Positions 38,658 to 48,400 of a DNA stretch of 64,000 nucleotides are shown here, piece by piece. Below the pieces are notes generated by a model, which was not told the origin of the DNA, did no database searches, and was given only the letters and a program-made list of their open reading frames with translations. The translations under genes were made by a program, and so were the position numbers. Location of the stretch: the IMG/VR virus record IMGVR_UViG_3300029267_002792; one strand, given 5' to 3'. Position 1 is the first letter of the stretch. Every line of letters begins with the position of its first letter. This stretch comes from a virus.

Positions 38658-40676
38658 TCAGTCGCCCTGCCCGAATCCTGAGCCTATCAGAAATGGAGGC
38701 AAAACCGTAAGGTCTTCGCTTATATCCGCCACATCCTCGCTCCCGTAGCTCCGAGCTAGCGCGGCCTGCTGGTGCTCGCGCATCCACGCGTCCCCATGGT
38801 CTGGAACGCTCTTTAGCATCTCCAAAGGAATAGACGACGAGTTTTCCGTCAGTGTCCACACAACCCCGGCCACAGCGTCCGAGGTGTCCTTCCGCCCGCG
38901 CAGCGGGTGGTCAACCTTCCGTTTTACCCGGTCGTGTTCGAGTTCCCTCAGCTCCTGAAGCAGGGGCTCGTAGTCGTAGTAGTACAGCCGATCTTCATAG
39001 AGCGCCGACTTCAACAGGTCGTACGGCCCCATCGTTCGATCGATCGAGAGCTGGACAGCGTTGAACCCTCTCTGGTTCAATTTCTGAATAGCATCAGCAG
39101 AGTTCCACGAGTCGATCGACACGCACGTGATCATGTAACCGTGGCGACCGAGCTGGTACACAAGCTTCCGAATGTCCCCAAGAATGATCTCCCCGCCCAC
39201 CGGAGGGACAATCCGCAAAACCACGTCAATCGTGATCTCAGGGGCTCGCTCCGGATACTTGTTCCCCTCGTCGTCCCTGCGTACGACCTCTCTCCACCCC
39301 GAAACGTGCCCCATCGCAAAACCCGTCGCGTCTCCAGACAATGACGGGTCGATGTGGATGTGGCGTGGAGCGTACGGGCTCAGAATCGGGCGCATTCCCC
39401 CTTCCGCATCATTCGCGGGTCGGAGCATTTTGTGCCAGTAAAACGTACCTGGTTGGGAGGGATCGTAGACCTCCACACTGAACGGGTGCTTCATGTCCGA
39501 GCGAACCGCATCGATAATTTTCGTCCGGCGCTGGATGTACGGGCTCACAGACACCGTAGCCACGCCAGCCAAGTCGCGGATCGCCCCTTCCAGGTCGTTC
39601 TCGAAATCTCCCCGGAAGTCCTCAGGCACCTCAATGATGACGCAGTCCTCGGGAAGTGTGGCGCGAACCTCGTCGATGTCCTCATTGTCCTCAATGATCC
39701 GACTCGGTGCCTGCTCGTTACCCACAACGGTGTGGAACCACTCGCCGGAGTAGTAGATGTCCGGCTTGACGTCCCAGAGCGCGTAGTCCCGGACGAACAC
39801 CGTAGGGTCTAGCGTTGACTCCTTGATTCGCTTGGCCGTGAAATCGTCGTTGGTTTGTTTCGAGGAAACAACGAACAGGATGCCCGGCAGCCGGCCCTTG
39901 CGCTCGAACCTGGACTTCATCCGGCGCTGCATAGCGTTGTACAGCACCTCAGCCCGGTCTTGAAGGTTGAACCGTGGGTCCTGCCCCTTCGTCGCCTTCG
40001 GCATAAAGTTTGTCTCATCCAAAAGGCCACCGATCACGTTGAGACCGAGCACAGACCCGTCATTACTCGCTCGTGCCGCCACCCACACCTTCTTCGGGAA
40101 CCGGAGTTCCTTCTTGGTCTTCTCGAACGGAAAGTGTTCCTGAAAGTACGGGCTAGCCTCGATCTTCGTGGCAATGTTTTCGTAGGCGACCTTGGTGGCC
40201 AAAATTTCGTTGACCGAGAGGCACACAATCGAGATGTTCGAGTTCGCCGCGATACCGAACGACCGGTGAGGGTCGCGCATGCAAGAGAGGATGTAAAGAA
40301 GACGGCAAATACCAATGGACGCGGCGAAGGTTTTCCCCCACCCGATGGCTCCCGTGAGCACCGCCTCCCGGTACCCCTCGTCAAACAGCGTGGCCAAGTC
40401 ATCCAGCAAGATCGAATACAGGTTGTCGCACGTGTTCCCCAGGTAGTAGGGGTCCATGCAGAACGTTTTCATGTCCACGGGCGTGCGAACCCACTCGAGA
40501 TTTCCGATCGTTTGGAGAAGAGCGGCGTCGCTCTTCGGGTCCTTCAGCTCCGCCAGGATGAGTTCGATCGTCTTCCGCTCGTCCGGTGTAAGGGTCTCCA
40601 GGTCCTTTTCCAGGAGCCCAGTCTTCTCCAGAGGCGTACGGATAGATCGCCAGTGGCCTTCCTGATACTCGATCAT
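38658..40676 (-). CDS. terL: Terminase large subunit (672 aa)
   Basis: Walker A GAIGWGKT, Walker B GLLDE, RNase H-like HIHIDPSLSGDATG, D.W, C-terminal KVDHP...KD.SDAVAG. Confidence 0.93.
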   Translation of the reverse strand: MIEYQEGHWRSIRTPLEKTGLLEKDLETLTPDERKTIELILAELKDPKSDAALLQTIGNLEWVRTPVDMKTFCMDPYYLGNTCDNLYSILLDDLATLFDEGYREAVLTGAIGWGKTFAASIGICRLLYILSCMRDPHRSFGIAANSNISIVCLSVNEILATKVAYENIATKIEASPYFQEHFPFEKTKKELRFPKKVWVAARASNDGSVLGLNVIGGLLDETNFMPKATKGQDPRFNLQDRAEVLYNAMQRRMKSRFERKGRLPGILFVVSSKQTNDDFTAKRIKESTLDPTVFVRDYALWDVKPDIYYSGEWFHTVVGNEQAPSRIIEDNEDIDEVRATLPEDCVIIEVPEDFRGDFENDLEGAIRDLAGVATVSVSPYIQRRTKIIDAVRSDMKHPFSVEVYDPSQPGTFYWHKMLRPANDAEGGMRPILSPYAPRHIHIDPSLSGDATGFAMGHVSGWREVVRRDDEGNKYPERAPEITIDVVLRIVPPVGGEIILGDIRKLVYQLGRHGYMITCVSIDSWNSADAIQKLNQRGFNAVQLSIDRTMGPYDLLKSALYEDRLYYYDYEPLLQELRELEHDRVKRKVDHPLRGRKDTSDAVAGVVWTLTENSSSIPLEMLKSVPDHGDAWMREHQQAALARSYGSEDVADISEDLTVLPPFLIGSGFGQGD

Positions 40677-40684
40677 GATGCAGC

Positions 40685-41368
40685 CTAGTTGGAACCCTCA
40701 GAAGAGGACGAGGATGGCGCAGGCAGCTTCATGAAGCGCTCCACAATACCCATCACCTTCCGCCGTGACTCGGCGTCCTGAAGCACCTCCTGAACAGCAC
40801 CATCGCCGAATTTAGCCAGCACCTCGTTCGACAGGTTCGCCTCGACTTCCACGCCGACATTGACATCGACCCCCTTCGGAGCCCGACCCAGGATTCCCAA
40901 TTCCATCTTCAGCTCAGCCATGTCCTTGAGCAAGTTACGAGCCTCTCGGATCTCCGCTGTCATCGACGGCATGAGCTTCTTGATACCTTTCTCTGTGCTG
41001 AAATCGATCCCGATACGGTGCATTTGGATTCTGTACAGCTCCTCCAGCTCCTCCAACTCGTCGATGCTGGCTTCGACCTTCTCCTTCGCCTGGTCGAAGA
41101 CGTCCGGAAATCTCTTCTGGACCAGGTCCCCCGGAGGCATGTTCTTCCGGAACTCCGCCAGCTGCTGCTCCAGTCCATGATGAGAGATCGATGTGTACTC
41201 CTTGCGCTCCTCTTGGATGAACCGCGCCACCTGCGCCAGAGGCCACCCCGCACAGATGCGGTCATAGACCTCCTGGAAGCACGCCAGCGCTCGCAATTTT
41301 CTGAATCGTGTGTCGCGGCCAGGGGGCTTCGGCCGCTTTCGCCCAGTCCGTGCCATCTTGACCATCAT
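40685..41368 (-). CDS. Putative terminase small subunit (about 227 aa)
   Basis: N-terminal HTH-like region plus a helical oligomerisation region, directly before terL (positional inference). Confidence 0.5.
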   Translation of the reverse strand: MMVKMARTGRKRPKPPGRDTRFRKLRALACFQEVYDRICAGWPLAQVARFIQEERKEYTSISHHGLEQQLAEFRKNMPPGDLVQKRFPDVFDQAKEKVEASIDELEELEELYRIQMHRIGIDFSTEKGIKKLMPSMTAEIREARNLLKDMAELKMELGILGRAPKGVDVNVGVEVEANLSNEVLAKFGDGAVQEVLQDAESRRKVMGIVERFMKLPAPSSSSSEGSN

Positions 41369-41498
41369 AAGCCAACCTGGCAGGCGTGACCAGTGAAGGA
41401 CTAGCAGGGACAGTCGGACAGAGGAGCCTGAGCGGTCTCGCACATAGCTTCGGCCCATTCGGCTAAGGTGCGCTCTTCTGGGCAGATGTAGGTAAGTG

Positions 41499-42008
41499 TC
41501 AGCCAGAACTGCGGTGATGACGCCCGTCGTCTCGGGCGGACGAGGAAGACTCGATCCCTAGGAGCGCAGCCCGCACCCGAGCCAGCAAACTATCGCGTTC
41601 TGCCTGGTAGTTCCGGATGATCGTAACCGCAGACAGATACAACTCGCGATATCGGGCTAGCTTCCGCTCCGCGCGCTCCGCCCTTTCCCTGCACAACTCA
41701 CCAAACCGGGCTGTGATCCGCTCCAAAGCCTGGTCATCAAGCGTGTCGAGCATGTCGCGCAGGGTTGCTACCTCAGTCATGTCCCCATCCCGACAAAACA
41801 AACGCAGCATGCGCTCCCCTCGCCGGATCACGACGCTCATGTTCACACGCCCGTTCTGACCTGACTCGAACACCGGGCGCTGCGCCTCCACCACCACACC
41901 AAGGTCCTCTTCTCCCACCGTCAGAACATTGCTATGGAGAACCTCAACCGTCTCCCAGTGGTCGATCGAGGCTCTCTTCTTGCCGTCGCTTCTCCTGTCG
42001 TCTGCCAT
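41499..42008 (-). CDS. Hypothetical protein with C-terminal coiled coil (169 aa)
   Basis: GAGAGAAG ribosome-binding site before ATG 42008. Confidence 0.6.
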   Translation of the reverse strand: MADDRRSDGKKRASIDHWETVEVLHSNVLTVGEEDLGVVVEAQRPVFESGQNGRVNMSVVIRRGERMLRLFCRDGDMTEVATLRDMLDTLDDQALERITARFGELCRERAERAERKLARYRELYLSAVTIIRNYQAERDSLLARVRAALLGIESSSSARDDGRHHRSSG

Positions 42009-42016
42009 TCTTCTCT

Positions 42017-42709
42017 CTACCCTCCTACCCGAAGCTTTGCCAGGTCCCAAGCGTGGTCGTAAACGTGCAACCCTTTCGAGGAGCAAATGATCTCACCTGC
42101 CTCCACTCCGATGGCCTCCGCCATGTACTCCTGCATGAGGCGAATAGCTGCCATGTTCGCCGGGAACCCGTTCCACAGGTCCCAAGATCGGAAGTACGGG
42201 AAAAAGTGAAGCCGGTGGCTCTCCCCCTCCCGCAATCCGTCCGGAGCCACGATCCGCGTGTCGATCTGGCGAAGACAAGGAGGATCGTCCAAAAAGATAT
42301 CCGAAGGCTTGGCCACGGCGATGCATTCCTGATTGGAACCGAATCCGTTACTCCGGTACCTCCGGATGATCGCCTCCATCTGCGCCTTGATCCGCTCGCC
42401 ATAGGTATACTGCTCGTTCTCCGCAAGCGCCGAGTCCTCCATAAGATAAGGCAGGTACTCTTCGACATACTCCATGGTCGTAGGAGGAGGCACATGCGAC
42501 AGGTGTGCAGGCATCTCCGGCACAAGCGGCCGAACTCCTGGGTGTGTGATGTGAATCGTAACCCAGTCAAGCTCCCATCGTTGCTGGCCCTCGTACGACC
42601 CATGCTGGACTGTCCACTTGCGACCCACCTGTAGCACCGACTCCACCGCGAGGAACCAAGCGTCGGGAAGGTCTCGAGCCGAAATTTCTACTGGTATCAA
42701 GGTAACCAT
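42017..42709 (-). CDS. thyA: Thymidylate synthase, short ThyA type (230 aa)
   Basis: YTYGER, PPCL catalytic Cys, RSWD, FPAN (Asn implies dUMP specificity), LHVY. Confidence 0.88.
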   Translation of the reverse strand: MVTLIPVEISARDLPDAWFLAVESVLQVGRKWTVQHGSYEGQQRWELDWVTIHITHPGVRPLVPEMPAHLSHVPPPTTMEYVEEYLPYLMEDSALAENEQYTYGERIKAQMEAIIRRYRSNGFGSNQECIAVAKPSDIFLDDPPCLRQIDTRIVAPDGLREGESHRLHFFPYFRSWDLWNGFPANMAAIRLMQEYMAEAIGVEAGEIICSSKGLHVYDHAWDLAKLRVGG

Positions 42710-42716
42710 GCGCCCG

Positions 42717-42745
42717 ACCGTACCAACTAGTCACAGGATAGTCAA
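42717..42745 (-). promoter_or_regulatory. Sigma70-like promoter TTGACT-17-TACGGT (extended TG), probably leaderless
   Basis: ATG lies 7 nt after the -10 element, with no room for a ribosome-binding site. Confidence 0.6.
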
Positions 42746-42752
42746 CAACAAA

Positions 42753-44555
42753 CTAATGAATTTCAGCCCAGGACCGACCATTCGACGGATCGACCACAAC
42801 GGGAACGCGTTTGACGAACTTCTCCATCCCCTCAACCATGCTCGAACTGAGCAGGCTCTCCATCTCAGCTACGATTGCATGGTCGTCCGGCACCTCGGTG
42901 ATGATCTCGTCGTGCACGTGGTGAACGATAGCTGCCGGCCCATCAGGGGTCTCCGGAGGAGTGACACCAAAGCGCTTATCGATCCGATCCTGAACAATCG
43001 CCATAGAGGTCTTCAGGGCGTCCGCCCCTGTGCCCTGCACTGGCGTGTTGAAATACTCATTGTGCGACTCGCTCGGGTCCAAATAACGAATGCGCCCGGA
43101 AAGCGTTCTCGAGAACCCGTTTCGCTGCCCATCTCGGAGTACCCTGCGGTGCCAGCGCTCTACGCCGCTGTAGCGCTCGAAATACCTCGCCCGGTACTTC
43201 TTAGCCTGCGACGGAGTCAGAGTCACACCGTAGTTCGACATAGCATAGAGAACGAGTTTGTCCGGCATCATACCGTAGATGAAACCGAAGTTCACAGGCT
43301 TAGCGTTCTGGCGATCTTTTTTAGACACCTGGTCAAGCGGAACCTCGGCAATGACAGCCGCAGTCGCCCTGTGCGCGTCCATGCCCTCCACGAAAACGAG
43401 CGTCAGCGCCTTGTCGCCCGAGATCTCCGCGCACAACCGCATCTCTATCCCGCTGTAGTCTGCCCCGACTAACCGACACCCCTCAGGAGCCTCAAAACAC
43501 TCCCTGAATTCGTCCTCACGGGGTATCTGCTGCATGCTCTTGTTTGCCGAGAACCTACCGGTGGCGAGCATGCCGAAGTAATCTGGGTGGATGCGCCCAT
43601 CCGCCTCAACGTGGCGCAGAAAGGTCAACCCGAAGGTCTTCACCCGCTGCGCGATGTGGCGATAGTCGAGCACCTTCTTCACGAGGGGATACCGACTCGC
43701 GAACTGAGCTAGCACGATCTCTGGCGTAGCCTCGATCTCGAGTCCCAGCTTCTGCAGCGAAGCCAGCATCTGTTTTGGAGAGTCCGCATTCCATTGGCCA
43801 CCGAACCCTGGTAGGGCGAGCTGGTCCTTGGGATGCGGGAGCTTGTACAGCAGTTCTTCGCGAGCATTCGAGCGGAGCACGATGTTCTTCTCGGCGAGCG
43901 CCTTCCATTTGTCCATGTTGAGGGCGAAGCCACTCAATTCGACCCGCCCCTCAGCAAACACAACTCCGAACTCAACAAGAGCCGTCGTGAGTAGGCCGTA
44001 CTGCGTGAGCTTCTGCTTCAGCACGTCTCGCAACCCGGCCAACCGCAGAACGTCCTCGGCCGCATAGTCCTTCTGCTCCTGCGTCAAACGCGATCGTGAC
44101 CAGTTGGAGTCGCCCTGCCCCACATTCACCGGGTGCTCGCCCAGCTCTCGCGTAATCACGGAGTCGAGATCGTGCCTCAGTCCCTTCTTCCCGTTGTAGA
44201 TGATCGAGCTTGCACGGAAGGTGCAGAACACCGGCCATATGCGAAACCGGAATTTCCACCACATCCACTTCTGCTCGAACTTCGCATTGTGGATGACGAA
44301 GATCGCCTTCGTCTCCTGGAGAGCAGAGAACACAGGCCCCAGGGTCTTCGTCTGGTAGAGGTCGATCACATATATTCGACCTCGAGAATCGTTCTCCGGG
44401 CCAGGAACACTCAGCTGGACCAGGCGTATGTCCCCATGACGAGGGTCGAGAGACGTTGTCTCGATATCGAACCCGAGAACAGCCGCCCCTAAGACGTCCC
44501 TGGCAACTCGATCGAGATCGCCAGCCTCAGTGATGTAGTCGTAATCCAGACGCAT
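42753..44555 (-). CDS. polA: DNA polymerase, family A (3'-5' exonuclease + polymerase, no 5' nuclease; 600 aa)
   Basis: ExoI FDIET, HNAKFE, YAAEDV; motif A ADYSGIEMR; motif B RQNAKPVNFGFIYG; motif C VHDEI. Confidence 0.95.
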   Translation of the reverse strand: MRLDYDYITEAGDLDRVARDVLGAAVLGFDIETTSLDPRHGDIRLVQLSVPGPENDSRGRIYVIDLYQTKTLGPVFSALQETKAIFVIHNAKFEQKWMWWKFRFRIWPVFCTFRASSIIYNGKKGLRHDLDSVITRELGEHPVNVGQGDSNWSRSRLTQEQKDYAAEDVLRLAGLRDVLKQKLTQYGLLTTALVEFGVVFAEGRVELSGFALNMDKWKALAEKNIVLRSNAREELLYKLPHPKDQLALPGFGGQWNADSPKQMLASLQKLGLEIEATPEIVLAQFASRYPLVKKVLDYRHIAQRVKTFGLTFLRHVEADGRIHPDYFGMLATGRFSANKSMQQIPREDEFRECFEAPEGCRLVGADYSGIEMRLCAEISGDKALTLVFVEGMDAHRATAAVIAEVPLDQVSKKDRQNAKPVNFGFIYGMMPDKLVLYAMSNYGVTLTPSQAKKYRARYFERYSGVERWHRRVLRDGQRNGFSRTLSGRIRYLDPSESHNEYFNTPVQGTGADALKTSMAIVQDRIDKRFGVTPPETPDGPAAIVHHVHDEIITEVPDDHAIVAEMESLLSSSMVEGMEKFVKRVPVVVDPSNGRSWAEIH

Positions 44556-44558
44556 AGA

Positions 44559-44966
44559 TCACGCCGCGCGAGCGAGCTTCCTCCGCCCGGACTCGGTGAC
44601 TCGGTACCTACCTCGCTCAACCTTCTCCACTAGGCCTCCCTGCACCAACCGCCGAAGCGAGTTCCGCGTCCAGGAGTTCCCCTTCGCCTTGCTCTGAGAC
44701 TTGAAACACGTCTCGGCCAGCTCCGCGATGGACATGATCGCCCGAACCCCAGAACCCGTCCCGTTGAGCGCCGCGAATACCTTACCCTCCTTCGCATTCA
44801 ACCGGTCCACGGAAAGCTCAATAGCCGCCCCGCCCTGACCGCCTCGAGTCGTGGGTTTCGCGGTGCGCTTTTTCGCAGCCCCGCGCTTCTTAGCCGGCTG
44901 GGCTTTCCGCTTCGCCTTCTGCACAGCTTCGGCCACAGACTTGATCTTGGACGTTCCAGTTGCCAT
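44559..44966 (-). CDS. Lys/Ala-rich winged-helix DNA-binding protein (135 aa)
   Basis: Basic N-tail; RNSLRRLVQGGLVEKVERGRYRVT wing motif. Confidence 0.7.
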   Translation of the reverse strand: MATGTSKIKSVAEAVQKAKRKAQPAKKRGAAKKRTAKPTTRGGQGGAAIELSVDRLNAKEGKVFAALNGTGSGVRAIMSIAELAETCFKSQSKAKGNSWTRNSLRRLVQGGLVEKVERGRYRVTESGRRKLARAA

Positions 44967-45016
44967 CGTCCGTATTCCTTTCCCTGGGAGTGAATACCCC
45001 CGCCATCCGTGATCGG

Positions 45017-45045
45017 ATTATCACACGTTTGCTCTTGAAATGCAA
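45017..45045 (-). promoter_or_regulatory. Sigma70-like promoter TTGCAT-17-GATAAT (extended TG)
   Basis: AT-richer intergenic gap upstream of 44966. Confidence 0.6.
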
Positions 45046-45074
45046 CCGATTCTGTGGACAAAAAGAAGAGCAGA

Positions 45075-45485
45075 TCAAATAGGCCCGGGCTGGAACTTGG
45101 CATGCAACCACGTCAGGATGTCAGCCTGCTCGATCTCATCACCGTCACCGTCGGTACCGAACTCGTCCCAATACCACGCCTGCAGAGCCTCGTCCGTTGA
45201 AACCATGCCTCGGAGATAATCGAACTGACCGATATCGGCCCGCATCCCCTCAAAGCGCCCAAGCGTCAAAGGCTCCAACACCGTTCGGAACCGATCCCCG
45301 ATCACAACAAGCTTCCCCTCAGCCCCTTCAAAAACCCTCCCAAGCACGTCCGTCGAAGGCTTCGTGGTGCTCGCTCGAAGCATCCAGAGCCCACTATTGT
45401 CCGGATAGGGAGTCACCCCCATGACAACTTCCCATGAGTCGTCGCCGTCGACCTTCATCCTGTACACGCGCTTGAAGGGAATCAT
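45075..45485 (-). CDS. Hypothetical acidic protein coupled to the giant protein (136 aa)
   Basis: TGATG stop/start overlap at 45483-45487. Confidence 0.65.
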   Translation of the reverse strand: MIPFKRVYRMKVDGDDSWEVVMGVTPYPDNSGLWMLRASTTKPSTDVLGRVFEGAEGKLVVIGDRFRTVLEPLTLGRFEGMRADIGQFDYLRGMVSTDEALQAWYWDEFGTDGDGDEIEQADILTWLHAKFQPGPI

Positions 45486-48400
45486 CAGTACCCCAGAGGC
45501 TTCAAGTATTTATTATAAATGGACCCAGCGTTGTCTTCAACCACCACAAAGTCCTCAATAGGTACTTTGTTATGCTCCGTGATGCCCGCCTTCTCACACT
45601 CCTCCAAAACAACCTTCCGAACGGACTCGCTGCTCACACAGGCCCGCTTGATAAGGTGCGGGGGAACCCCCCGACGAATCTGAATTTCCGTGTTCCCCCG
45701 GTGGGTCGCCGAACCACCTCCGTCGAACGACTTGATCGCAGCGCTCATACCTTTGCGGTTCTTGAAATAGTGCCCTTTAGAATGGTGGACCGGGTTCTGA
45801 CACCCAAAAGCATCCCCGGAGGCGATAGAAACATCGAGGCGGTCAAGCAGTTCGGGCGCGATGATCAGTCGAACCGGACGACGGACATTCCCGACAGTAC
45901 TGATCGCGGTGTTCTTCGCCTGAGCAGTGGAAATCCGCATCGTGGTCGTGTCCGCCCCTCCAGTCTCGATATCCGTAGTCTCGGAAGCCCCGGTTCCGCT
46001 ACCTCCGCCAGGAAGCCCCATCCGCACGCGCTCGTGGATACCCGTAGCCGCAGACTTCAGGATTTTTGGAAGGCTCGTCTTGTTGACGTTCCAGAAAACA
46101 AATCGCACCGCTGGTTTCTCCGGAGTTCCTCCTCCAAGCTTCCTCCAGAGGCCTGGAACCATCGCTGCTCCCCGCCCCACCGTCCCTCGCACTTGGCGAA
46201 TCGAATCAATCTCATCTTTCGCGAGGTGCCCCTTGAGCTTCTTCGTGATCGCCTCCGCCGTCATATCCCCACCAGCTACTAACGTCTGATGTGACTTCGG
46301 AGAGAGATACCAGAGGGCTTGTGAGAGGTTGTAGAGTCGCATGTCCTCCTTCGTCGGGTTTTTCATGACCTGACCAGCGACCCCGACCGCCTTCAACATC
46401 TTGTCGAGAACCGACCTCACCTTGTCACCGCCGGATCGGACGATGGCATAGACAGACCCCATGAACGTGTAGGAAGCACTGTCCGTCATAACATAGAGTT
46501 CGTCCTTCCCGAACTTCCAGTGACGCGCAGGCTTCGACAGCGCTCCCGTTTGGTACCCCTCGCTGACCACCAGGGCATCCTGACCACCATCATACGCACC
46601 TAGGGACCACGTGAACGTAGAGGACTTGCCTAGGTTCTGAAGAGAACGCCAATACGGTTCCCGAAGCTTGAAATGGACCCGGTAGTACGTCTCGCCGTCC
46701 TCGACTACCCGCTGCACCGACGCCGTTTGCTGCTCCACCGCATCCGCATCGAGTGTGAAATCACGCCCGAGCGGACCAAGCTGCATTGTATGAACCTTGG
46801 ATAGCCCCTCAATGTCGCCCGGAGAAGCCTCCGGAGCTAACACCTGAGACAGGTATGTGGGGGAACCGAGGTGGTCTGCGTACTTCTGCCCCGGGTCCTG
46901 CTTGATCTCTTGCTCCTTCGTCACGACCTTGTTCAGATCGTCCGCTCGCACAATGACACTGTTGTAGTTCGAGCCAAAGATCGGATTGTTGGGAATAAGA
47001 CCCCCATCCGGATCGTGCGTGGCAGGCTCTACGCCCATCGTGCTCAAAAACTCCTGGACCTTCGTGACTGGCTCCAAGCGATCCACGCGAACCAAAACCA
47101 GCTCGGGGAACTCATTGTGAGGCTTCAAGGCCTTCGGGCCGAATTCGCTCAAAATCCACTCGCGAGCGCTCTGAGAGATAGTCTGGAACTTCGGTCCCAC
47201 CGTCTCCCCCTCAGGGACCCAACCGGTATTGAAAGTGAACTTGCCCTTCTTGCCAGTGCGCTTCTCGTACTGCTCCGTGATGAACTGCTCGAAGTCGTAC
47301 CGGAGAGTGTTCTTCCGGCTCAGCATCTTCTTCACAAAGGCATAGCGATCGTAGGCCTTGGTCGGACCTCGCATGTCATCTCGGGAGGCAGCATAGTCCT
47401 CGAGAGCCGCCTCCATCTTCCGCGGGTCCATCGCCTCCAGATTCTCCAGAGTGGCCTTCATCGCCTCTGGATCAAAACTCATCGAACCATCAGCAAACGC
47501 CTTCCAGAACTTGTTGTAGTAGGGCTCCTGCTCGCCGTACAGGACCGAGTTCGGCTTGTAGTCCGTGGCGAGTCGATCCGACTGAGTAGCGTGATCGACG
47601 TACTTCCAACCCTGCTCCTTGTCGATCCCAACGATCCGACCATCTTTTGTCAGCACTAAGTTCGCAGCAAATGAGTCGTGCTGGGACATGAGCCAATCCA
47701 ACAGGTGTTCAGACGCCACATCGACCTTCTGCTGCTCCGTCAAATCAGCAGGAGGCACTCCAGCGAGATCGGGCTGAGCCTCATCCAAGTCGAGCATCGG
47801 CTGGAGAGTACCGAGCTGGCCTTTGTACTTCACCGTCTCGACCGGAACGTGAGCGTCCGGACGCCCCACAGCAGCGATCGCGGCAAAGGCTTCTTGAGAC
47901 TTCGCCTTGAACGCCTGAGTCTTCTTCGGTCCTGTCTTCGGCAGCGCTGGCTTGAACAGATAGAGCTTGCCCGTCTCCGGATCTCGGAGCCGCGTCTTCT
48001 TGCCAACCCCCTTCAGGCTCGCTGCGCCAATATCCTCCAACGTGTTCGGATCAGGCAGATCCCCTTGGGGCGTCACAAAGACCGCTGTCGGAGGCGCTTT
48101 TGGAGCCGGAGTAGGCTCGGGCTCCGGTTCCTCAGGAACCGCTCCAGATGATTCCAAATCACTCAGACTGAACATCTTCTGCGGACTTGCCGCTGCCCAA
48201 GCACCCATGTCGGGGCGATACGCATACACGTGGTAAAGGCTTACCACCTTCCGCCACTTCGCGTAGACGCCGTTCGGGAGCATCGACAGAACCAGCCCCT
48301 TCGAGACTCCAGAGGTGACCTCGACATACGGGTAGCTGTTCGGGTCAACCGAACCCGTAAGCTTCAATGTGTCCGCAGGCTTTAGATGTGTGTCCTCGGG

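Noticed and set aside
38626-38859. 77-aa ORF overlapping the terL C-terminus
   Set aside because: Almost fully overlaps terL in another frame, with no ribosome-binding site or motif.
40312-40323. Partial match to the operator palindrome inside terL
   Set aside because: Only the 9-bp half CAATGGACG matches and it lies within coding sequence; likely chance.
42017-42709. ThyA-like gene as a dCMP hydroxymethylase for DNA hypermodification
   Set aside because: The specificity residue is Asn (FPAN), consistent with dUMP, and no modification genes lie nearby.
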